IMG/VR virus record: IMGVR_UViG_3300016476_000735 | Span: 1 to 27,944 of that record | Length of the DNA stretch: 27,944 nt | Source: a virus | Lineage: Duplodnaviria; Caudoviricetes | Reading direction: 5' to 3' (one strand) | Part shown: one piece after another, positions 1-6,427 of the stretch | How positions within the stretch are numbered: the first letter of the stretch is position 1 | Layout of the letters: each line of letters opens with the position of its first letter | Notes under the pieces: model-generated | Told to the model about the DNA's origin: nothing | The model's database searches: none | Seen by the model: only the letters and a program-made list of their open reading frames with translations | Translations under genes and position numbers: made by a program

Positions 1-12
1 CGTAGTCAATGG

Positions 13-294
13 ATGGCTCCTATTGTGGATCGTTTTAACTATAATCGTCTAAATTATGAATGGACTACTGCATGGGGATGGCTCAGTGCAGTTCTACTAT
101 CCAGTCAACCATTTGAGCGCTATGGCGAAGAACTAACAGAAGATCAAAAGATTAAAATCATCACTTGGCTATTTGACAAGTGGGACAAGATGGGCAATAA
201 GCAGACATACCGCACCGTTCGTGAAATGGCACAATATATTATCAACGAACCGGATAATTACTTGAACCGCTGGCAAAAGTTTGTGAGGAAATAA
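13..294 (+). CDS. Hypothetical protein, probably 5'-truncated by the window
   Basis: Frame is open from base 1; stop is 1 nt before the next ATG at 296. Confidence 0.7.
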   Translation: MAPIVDRFNYNRLNYEWTTAWGWLSAVLLSSQPFERYGEELTEDQKIKIITWLFDKWDKMGNKQTYRTVREMAQYIINEPDNYLNRWQKFVRK

Positions 295-295
295 A

Positions 296-1117
296 ATGGC
301 TAAGAAGCAGATTATTGATATTGACGCCGAGTTTGAAGGCGTTGAGTTTGATGAAGTGGCTATCAATCGCGACACTTCATATAGAAAAAGACATGAAAAT
401 GTCGACTGGCACACTAATGTCAAAAAAGCAAATCAATTAAAACATCAAGATCCTGAATATAAAGAAAAATTAAAGCAAGGATTGGAAAGAATGCGATCGG
501 CCCGTGGTTTCAAAGAAAAACATAAAATTGCAATACAAACAGCGAATGCTCTGCCTAAAGATTTGATTGTTAAAATTTTTACAGAATTCCACAATCCAAA
601 CAGAGAAGTTGACGACCAGACTTATAAGAAAGTGTTGTCGTCAACTTATAATATTACCATTGGTCATATTAACAAAATTTGCATGGCAAGAAGTTCATAT
701 GTAAAAGAATGCCTAGCCTTAACTGATAATGAAATTAACATAATTAAACAACAATATCTATCTAATAAACCAAAATATAAAGTTAGATCTTTTGGCATTG
801 ATGTTATGCACTTATATGAAAATTATTCCTATAGGTCTAAATTTTCTGTTCAACTAGTATGGGAAACCCGTTTTGGCAAATACAAAGGAATGAAACGAGC
901 ACAACTAGAAAAAGCATTAGGTATTCCATTAACTCGAGATGATGCCGATAGTTTTAAGAAATCGTATTCTTGGCTTACTAATACTAAAAGTGTAGAATTA
1001 TTTGTAGGAGACTTCAACGCAGTTAGCAAACTATGTCCTTTGCCTACAAAAGAAGAAAAAATAAGGTTTATTAAAACAGGAAAATATCAAGGTTGTTTTG
1101 TTTTATATGAAAAATAA
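296..1117 (+). CDS. Basic putative DNA-binding protein with acidic N-terminal motif; paralogue of 1107..1613
   Basis: 273 aa, Lys-rich; N-terminus IIDIDAEFEGVEFDE and QDPxYxxxLKxG shared with the next gene; no GIY-YIG or HNH motif seen. Confidence 0.65.
   Translation: MAKKQIIDIDAEFEGVEFDEVAINRDTSYRKRHENVDWHTNVKKANQLKHQDPEYKEKLKQGLERMRSARGFKEKHKIAIQTANALPKDLIVKIFTEFHNPNREVDDQTYKKVLSSTYNITIGHINKICMARSSYVKECLALTDNEINIIKQQYLSNKPKYKVRSFGIDVMHLYENYSYRSKFSVQLVWETRFGKYKGMKRAQLEKALGIPLTRDDADSFKKSYSWLTNTKSVELFVGDFNAVSKLCPLPTKEEKIRFIKTGKYQGCFVLYEK
317..355 (+). repeat. 39-bp direct repeat, copy 1 (copy 2 at 1125-1163)
   Basis: GATATTGACGCCGAGTTTGAAGGCGTTGAGTTTGATGAA vs GATATTGACGCTGAGTTTGAAGGCGTTGAGTTTGACGAA; 2 mismatches, both synonymous. 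Confidence 0.95.
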
Positions 1118-1613
1118 AATCATAGATATTGACGCTGAGTTTGAAGGCGTTGAGTTTGACGAAACTCTAATTAATCGCAGTCAAAGTGCTTATGCCAAAC
1201 GAGGCAATAAACAATTTGGAGCTACAATGAGTAAAGTTGCTCAAACTCGAAATCAAGATCCTGCTTATAGACAAAATCTTAAAGAAGGCTGTATTAATAG
1301 AGATAATACCTATCAAGCTAAATCCAATGCTTGTGAAGAAACTCGCAGGAAAATTAGCGAAAGTCTCAAAGGTAAATCTAAATCACAAGATCATATCGAT
1401 AAAGTCGCGGCTAAAACAAGAGAGCGTGCCAAACCAGTTATTGTCCCGTGGGGTGTATATCGATCGGGTAAACTTGCCGGAGATGCTTATAATAGAATCA
1501 ATAATGTTAGCAATGGAAAGAACCGCGTAAGTGCCAATATCAAGAAAGGCACAGTTGGTTATAGGTTCATAAGTTTGGAGGAATACATTATGCTTACAAG
1601 CAGTGAAGATTAA
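1107..1613 (+). CDS. NUMOD3/NUMOD1-like DNA-binding protein without a nuclease domain
   Basis: ATG at 1107 gives MKNKIIDID, matching the paralogue; EETRRKISESLKGKSKSQDH is NUMOD3-like; KPVIVPWGVYRSGKLA resembles a NUMOD1-type HTH start. Confidence 0.65.
   Translation: MKNKIIDIDAEFEGVEFDETLINRSQSAYAKRGNKQFGATMSKVAQTRNQDPAYRQNLKEGCINRDNTYQAKSNACEETRRKISESLKGKSKSQDHIDKVAAKTRERAKPVIVPWGVYRSGKLAGDAYNRINNVSNGKNRVSANIKKGTVGYRFISLEEYIMLTSSED
1125..1163 (+). repeat. 39-bp direct repeat, copy 2
   Basis: Matches 317-355 with 2 synonymous differences. Confidence 0.95.
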
Positions 1614-1623
1614 TTTCTCGTGC

Positions 1624-1629
1624 TAAATA
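1624..1629 (+). promoter_or_regulatory. T4-like late promoter core TAAATA
   Basis: Intergenic, directly upstream of a structured region that ends in a terminator. Confidence 0.6.
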
Positions 1630-1633
1630 TATT

Positions 1634-1774
1634 ACACAGACAGCGCAATGCATCTGTGAGCTGGTATATCCAGGGGTCGGCCAAAGCCCCGAGTATATCC
1701 TGTGTGTTAGATTATCCTGTAAATTAGGGTATATCAGCGGGAAAGCCCAATCAAATCGGTTGGGCTTTCTTTTT
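1634..1774 (+). ncRNA. Candidate ~140-nt small structured RNA
   Basis: Bounded by TAAATA and an intrinsic terminator; stems CACAGA/TCTGTG (1635-1658), GCTGGTATATCC/GGGTATATCAGC (1660-1671/1727-1738) and GGGGT/GCCCC. Confidence 0.55.
1741..1774 (+). terminator. Rho-independent terminator
   Basis: GAAAGCCCAATC-AAATC-GGTTGGGCTTTC followed by TTTTT. Confidence 0.85.
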
Positions 1775-1827
1775 GGCTCAATTTTACCGATTTTCTTGCA
1801 TAAAGTGCCCATTTCTGCTAATATAGA

Positions 1828-1833
1828 TAAATA
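1828..1833 (+). promoter_or_regulatory. T4-like late promoter core TAAATA
   Basis: GATAAATA upstream of the AGGAG RBS and ATG 1856, downstream of a terminator. Confidence 0.65.
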
Positions 1834-1857
1834 AAGTTGCAACAGGAGCGACTTTAT
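1831..1857 (+). promoter_or_regulatory. RBS/start-codon sequestering hairpin
   Basis: ATAAAGTTGC-AACAGGA-GCGACTTTAT, a 10-bp stem with 1 G-U that encloses AGGAG and pairs the AT of the start codon. Confidence 0.65.
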
Positions 1858-2191
1858 GGAAATTGTTTTAACACAGGAACATCTAGACGAGATGCGAGAG
1901 ATAATGATAGCATGTGATGCTTACAAGCGCCAAAATTTGAGCCAGCGTAGTTATTACACATGGATGGATTGGGCAATAAAAGCCGCTGAGCAGATCAATG
2001 ACAACCATTTTGAAATAAATTCAGCAAAAAATACCTTTGCTTGGTTGGTGGATCAAGTGGAACATTGCCCGCCAGTAGCTGCCACTGAACTTGGTCAAAG
2101 TGTTTTGGGCTGGGCCAGCATGGCCAGTCAAGGTGCCATCACTTATGGCAGATTTATTCGTCAACAAAACTACAAAAAACTTTTTAACTGA
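1856..2191 (+). CDS. Hypothetical protein
   Basis: 111 aa ORF with AGGAG RBS. Confidence 0.8.
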   Translation: MEIVLTQEHLDEMREIMIACDAYKRQNLSQRSYYTWMDWAIKAAEQINDNHFEINSAKNTFAWLVDQVEHCPPVAATELGQSVLGWASMASQGAITYGRFIRQQNYKKLFN

Positions 2192-2192
2192 A

Positions 2193-2198
2193 TAAATA
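2193..2198 (+). promoter_or_regulatory. T4-like late promoter core TAAATA
   Basis: In a 25-bp intergenic gap before AGGAG and ATG 2217. Confidence 0.6.
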
Positions 2199-2216
2199 AT
2201 AATACAGGAGCACACA

Positions 2217-2792
2217 ATGTTAGATGGATTACCAATGAGTAGTTTAAGAGTCGATCAAAGGCGGCACTTAAAATTCGGCGGCGTTTTCTTAAAAGATAAA
2301 CCAGATAGCTTTATTGAATGGGCTATAGAAAACTTCAATGAAAAAGATCGAGAAGTAATGATTGAGGAACGCAAATATAGAATCAATCATAAAATTTGGC
2401 AACGAGAAAACACAACAGAAGATCAGCAAAATCGCCTACATGAAACTAACATTAAACTGTTCCTGCGAGATAAAGGCATAACAAAAAGAATTCTAGAGCA
2501 ACATCCAAGGCCCAGTGATGTTGCTCTGTTAGTAGATATACAACGCAGTGATGCTTATCAATATTTCACCAAAGATGAAATAGTTAAATTTAACTGTATT
2601 AGAGCAAGAGTAGCAGCCATGCGTGAAATCAGTGAATTTGAATTCAAAGTCTTGGAAAAGTTCTTGCTAAATGCAGATAGAATAATGAGCAGACGGCAAC
2701 CAAAGAACAAAAAGAAAAACCGACATGCGAGATGGAAAGATAAACAGGCCGCTCGCAATAAATTAAAAAACAAATATAAAGCTCAGGCATAA
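2217..2792 (+). CDS. Hypothetical protein with basic C-terminus, possibly nucleic-acid binding
   Basis: 191 aa; AGGAG RBS; LKFGGVFLKDKPDSFIEWA resembles the FG..L.D.P.SY..W module; K/R-rich tail. Confidence 0.7.
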   Translation: MLDGLPMSSLRVDQRRHLKFGGVFLKDKPDSFIEWAIENFNEKDREVMIEERKYRINHKIWQRENTTEDQQNRLHETNIKLFLRDKGITKRILEQHPRPSDVALLVDIQRSDAYQYFTKDEIVKFNCIRARVAAMREISEFEFKVLEKFLLNADRIMSRRQPKNKKKNRHARWKDKQAARNKLKNKYKAQA

Positions 2793-2804
2793 ACTTAGGC
2801 ATAA

Positions 2805-3242
2805 TATAGGCTCGGTGGCACCGCACCTCATCAAAACAGGAAAATCTCTATCAAGATAATGACGGTAAAGGGTAGAGCATTGCACAGTCATTTATAGCGG
2901 CTGTGAACAACAATGGCGCCGGAGTAGGGAATTCACCATTCCCGGGAGTTACATAGCCAAGCGTCTCCCGCTGAAAAGTTACTGCTATAAATCCTATAGG
3001 TGATATTTGCAATAGCAATTATTCTATTGGAGCCCGGATTGCAAATATGATTTTTTTTAACGGAAATCATATTTGCCGTCCTACGGCTCCAATTGCAGTA
3101 GTTCTTATCGCAAATATAATTTATTTCATCTGTAATCTATAATTGCTCTTTGAAAGAAATAAAAAAGAAACTAATTGCAAAACGAAATCAATAAACGAAG
3201 CGCAAGCGTAGTGATTGATGAGTTTTAAGTCCTTTAGGACTT
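2805..3242 (+). other. Highly structured non-coding region (candidate ncRNA and/or replication origin)
   Basis: ~510-bp intergenic gap with many inverted repeats, including a perfect 13-bp GCAAATATGATTT/AAATCATATTTGC and a 9-bp loop-receptor pair ATTTATAGC/GCTATAAAT. Confidence 0.65.
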
Positions 3243-3283
3243 GTAAATCCCCTATCATTAAGCACTAATATATTTCTTCCTGA

Positions 3284-3289
3284 TAAATA
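3284..3289 (+). promoter_or_regulatory. T4-like late promoter core TAAATA in the loop of an RBS-sequestering hairpin (3271-3308)
   Basis: TATTTC-TTCCT gataaataaatgta AGGAG-at-GAAATG. Confidence 0.6.
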
Positions 3290-3305
3290 AATGTAAGGAG
3301 ATGAA

Positions 3306-3611
3306 ATGGCTTACATACCAGGAGAAATAGAGCTGTTCAGTGAACTTTGGACTATTAGAGCCGGCACTGACAAAGAACTCACAAATAATCACGGCATGTG
3401 TTATTCAGATAGCTGTGAAATTATTTTTAATCCCAATACCACTTGGGATAATATATTGCATACAGTTTTACATGAACTCATACATGCAATAGAAACCAAA
3501 ACACATCTGGACCTAACTGAACGACAAGTAGATGTCATGGCTTTGGGTCTGATACATTTGTTTAGACAAAATCCCCAATTACTGGAGTTATTTGATGCCC
3601 AACAGAGGTAA
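3306..3611 (+). CDS. Small HExxH zinc metallopeptidase-like protein
   Basis: TVLHELIHAIE motif with a downstream conserved E (TERQV); AAGGAG RBS. Confidence 0.7.
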   Translation: MAYIPGEIELFSELWTIRAGTDKELTNNHGMCYSDSCEIIFNPNTTWDNILHTVLHELIHAIETKTHLDLTERQVDVMALGLIHLFRQNPQLLELFDAQQR

Positions 3612-3918
3612 AGATAAGCCGCCCAATCAAACTATGGGCACTTGGAGTTGGAACACAGCCAGTTTCCAAGCAAAATACCAAGAACAAAGTGAACTGGCCT
3701 GTTGGATTTGGCAGGGAAGTGCTGGACCCAATGGCGCACTATTTGGCGCTTATCGCAATCAACAAGCACAAATGACACAGGCAAGAAGAATTGCTTGGAT
3801 GCAACATACAAATCAACCAGTGGATCTACTGCAAATCAAAATGACCTGCAGAAATAAAATGTGTGTAAATCCACATCACATGATATCACTGCCCAACAAT
3901 AGGATTCGACATGACTGA
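3595..3918 (+). CDS. HNH-endonuclease-fold protein, likely catalytically degenerate
   Basis: CWIWQG...ARRIAW...MTCRNKMCVNPHH pattern of phage HNH proteins; the usual His of HxCxN is Met. Confidence 0.65.
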   Translation: MPNRGKDKPPNQTMGTWSWNTASFQAKYQEQSELACWIWQGSAGPNGALFGAYRNQQAQMTQARRIAWMQHTNQPVDLLQIKMTCRNKMCVNPHHMISLPNNRIRHD

Positions 3919-4123
3919 ATATAGACTAGCAGATTATCGCTATAGAGAATTAGAACCAAATCTTGCACATGCCATTAGACATATTGTGCGTAGATACAGC
4001 GACAGCAATGGCTACGACCATGAATTTGAATATTACTGGGCCAAGTTCTCAGATGCAAGTTGGTTATTGGCTGTTCTAGACAACTCAGAAGCCTGTGAGG
4101 TATTATACAATGGCAAGGCCTAA
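3911..4123 (+). CDS. Hypothetical protein
   Basis: 70 aa; overlaps both neighbours in operon style. Confidence 0.7.
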   Translation: MTEYRLADYRYRELEPNLAHAIRHIVRRYSDSNGYDHEFEYYWAKFSDASWLLAVLDNSEACEVLYNGKA

Positions 4124-4370
4124 GCCAGATATACTACTAAGAGATCTACAAGCAAAAGAAACCATGGAGATCCTGGCCAGCCCAGGTATTTGGTTTGTGC
4201 TTTATCAAGGTAGACCTATAGCTATAACTAGACGATCATGGACAGCTCAAGGAGAACTGGTAAAGTATCCACGCACAGGTTTTAACAATCCTGCACATGC
4301 TTATAAGCTAGCAGAGAGACTGAATCAAAGATTCATGACAAACCAGTTTACCGTTTTGGAGGTTAAATAA
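4110..4370 (+). CDS. Conserved phage hypothetical protein (MARPKP...GIW...F.NP.HA..LA..LN type)
   Basis: ATG 4110 with GAGG RBS; resembles from memory a family common in large uncultured aquatic phages. Confidence 0.75.
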   Translation: MARPKPDILLRDLQAKETMEILASPGIWFVLYQGRPIAITRRSWTAQGELVKYPRTGFNNPAHAYKLAERLNQRFMTNQFTVLEVK

Positions 4371-4601
4371 ATGAGATATGGACAAATAAATGTTTATGGG
4401 GGATCGGCACCCCAACAACCATGGCCCAATACTGAAACAACACCAGTTATAGTCAAAGAAGATTATCAACTACAAGTGACAAAAACTTGGATTGGTGATC
4501 AATGGCAAATTAAAATAGATAGAACCATTGGCACAGAACTATATCAATTAGAACTTTACTTGTCAGGAGATGAGTTAACAAAATTTAAGGCTGCATTATG
4601 A
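4371..4601 (+). CDS. Hypothetical protein
   Basis: 76 aa; GGAGG RBS; abuts the upstream stop. Confidence 0.7.
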   Translation: MRYGQINVYGGSAPQQPWPNTETTPVIVKEDYQLQVTKTWIGDQWQIKIDRTIGTELYQLELYLSGDELTKFKAAL

Positions 4602-4741
4602 AACTTCCAGAAACCATAGCCACAGAACATGAACTACTCAAACAAAGAGTTAGATTTTATACACTGATCAATGGTTATCTTAGCGCCGGCTTTTTTGCAA
4701 TATCGGCGTATATAATTTACCGTATAGTAGGATTATTTTAA
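4598..4741 (+). CDS. Small membrane protein (47 aa, absent from ORF track)
   Basis: MKLPETIATEHELLKQRVRFYTLINGYLSAGFFAISAYIIYRIVGLF; ATGA overlap upstream, TAATG overlap with TerS; C-terminal hydrophobic helix. Confidence 0.7.
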   Translation: MKLPETIATEHELLKQRVRFYTLINGYLSAGFFAISAYIIYRIVGLF

Positions 4742-5169
4742 TGCATAGTATAGAATATCCAGAAAGAAAACAACCCAAGATTGGAGAGAAAATAGTTACG
4801 GGATTAATTATCGGCCGTGACAAAAAAGTAATTCCACAGAGTGAAGTAGAACACTTAGCCAGTCTAGGCTGCACAGATAGAGATATAGCACAGTATTATG
4901 CTATCAGTGAATCAACATTACGATACAATTTTAGCTCCGAACTGGTAAAAGGGAGACATCAACTAAAAACCAGTTTGAGACAAAAGCAAATTCAAGTGGC
5001 ACTTGAAGGCAACCCAACAATGCTTATATGGTTAGGTCGTAACATATTAAGTCAAAACGAAAACGGCATTATGAGCGATGATAAGCGTCCATTACCCTGG
5101 ACTGACGACGAGGATGATGAAGTTATCACAGATGATGAAGTCACAGATGATATAGATGCCGCTGAGTAA
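4741..5169 (+). CDS. terS: Terminase small subunit
   Basis: HTH (GCTDRDIAQYYAISESTL), GNPTMLIWLGRNILSQ motif, acidic tail; directly upstream of TerL. Confidence 0.8.
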   Translation: MHSIEYPERKQPKIGEKIVTGLIIGRDKKVIPQSEVEHLASLGCTDRDIAQYYAISESTLRYNFSSELVKGRHQLKTSLRQKQIQVALEGNPTMLIWLGRNILSQNENGIMSDDKRPLPWTDDEDDEVITDDEVTDDIDAAE

Positions 5170-6400
5170 TCCACAAAAGATAATTTGTGAGGCACCTTTT
5201 AGATTCCGTGTAGCAGTATGCGGTCGTCGTTTTGGCAAGACTCATGTAGCAATACGAGAACTCGCGAGGTTTGCATCACAGCCCGATAAGACTTGCTGGT
5301 ATCTAACAGGAAGCAGGCAGCAGGCCAAGTCCTTGGTATGGACCAAGTTAAAGAAAAAGTTGAGAAAACTTAATTGGATTCAAACTACCAATGAAAGTGA
5401 GCTCAGCATTGAACTGATTAATGGTAGTAAAATCTGTCTTAAGAGTGCAGAGCAAGGTGATAATCTGCGTGGTGAAAGTTTAACATTCTTAGTCATTGAC
5501 GAATTTGCAGACATAGATCTAGATGAGATATGGAATCAAATACTTAGACCCGCACTCAGCGATCAAAAAGGTCATGCACTTTTTTTGGGGACGCCTAAGG
5601 CTGGTAATCAAACTGCCCGTGACTTATACGACAATGCATTAGTTAAAAAGAATTGGGTTAGCTTTAGTTTTACTACAATCGACGGTGGATTCGTCGATGA
5701 GGAAGAAATAGCACAAGCCCGGCAAGATTTAAGTCCTAAGGTATTTGCACAAGAATATCTTGCATCATGGGAAAACTTTGCCGGTGTTATCATGTATGAT
5801 TTCGGCGAACATAATATTAAGGAAGTTAAACCTCCCACTGCAAATGAACCATTAGTAGTAGGCATGGACTTTAACATCACGCCCTTGGTTTGCCAGATAG
5901 GCCGACACACAAAAACTGGCATTGAAATATTCGATGAAATAGTATTAGAAAATTCAAATACTAATGAAGTCTCCATGGAGTTACGAAATCGCTATCCTAC
6001 TCAGCCTATTACTGTGTTTCCGGATCCTGCGGGAGGTGCAAGAAAAACCAGTGCCAATGGTAATACAGACATTAAGATTCTAGAAATGGCTGGTTTTACT
6101 ACACGATATCATCGCAGTCATCCATTAGTTAAAGATAGAATAAATGCTTGTAATAGTTTATTCTTTAAGAGAGAAGATGGATCTACGCGATTTACAATAG
6201 ATCCCAAATGCAAATATACAATTAAGAGTCTTAAGAATTGGACCTATAAAGAAGGCACAATGATTCCCTCTAAGAATGAAGGACAAGACTGGAGCCACGC
6301 TTGCGATAGCCTAGGCTATCTCATTGAATATTTGTTCCCTATACAGAAACCTATAGTAGCAAAAGTGCCGCAACGATTCGGCCACGCTTTGGCTGCATAA
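5156..6400 (+). CDS. terL: Terminase large subunit
   Basis: Walker A CGRRFGKT, Walker B LVIDE, GTP motif, FAQEYLA, nuclease motifs GMDFN and HACDSLGY. Confidence 0.96.
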   Translation: MPLSNPQKIICEAPFRFRVAVCGRRFGKTHVAIRELARFASQPDKTCWYLTGSRQQAKSLVWTKLKKKLRKLNWIQTTNESELSIELINGSKICLKSAEQGDNLRGESLTFLVIDEFADIDLDEIWNQILRPALSDQKGHALFLGTPKAGNQTARDLYDNALVKKNWVSFSFTTIDGGFVDEEEIAQARQDLSPKVFAQEYLASWENFAGVIMYDFGEHNIKEVKPPTANEPLVVGMDFNITPLVCQIGRHTKTGIEIFDEIVLENSNTNEVSMELRNRYPTQPITVFPDPAGGARKTSANGNTDIKILEMAGFTTRYHRSHPLVKDRINACNSLFFKREDGSTRFTIDPKCKYTIKSLKNWTYKEGTMIPSKNEGQDWSHACDSLGYLIEYLFPIQKPIVAKVPQRFGHALAA

Positions 6401-6403
6401 ATA
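6398..6403 (+). promoter_or_regulatory. T4-like late promoter core TAAATA
   Basis: Overlaps the TerL stop; upstream of the GGAG RBS of the portal gene. Confidence 0.55.
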
Positions 6404-6427
6404 TACTAATTATTGGAGTCATAATAC

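Noticed and set aside
317-1163. 39-bp repeat as CRISPR repeat or att site
   Set aside because: Only two copies, both in-frame coding with synonymous differences; no spacers, cas genes or integrase
1594-1842. Minus-strand 82-aa ORF across the candidate sRNA
   Set aside because: No RBS, opposes the operon direction and runs through a + strand terminator
2805-3000. Structured region as RNase P RNA, tmRNA, tRNA or group I intron
   Set aside because: CAGGAAAATCT only loosely resembles the RNase P P4 motif; no matching 3' strand, T-loop/CCA end or P7 core seen
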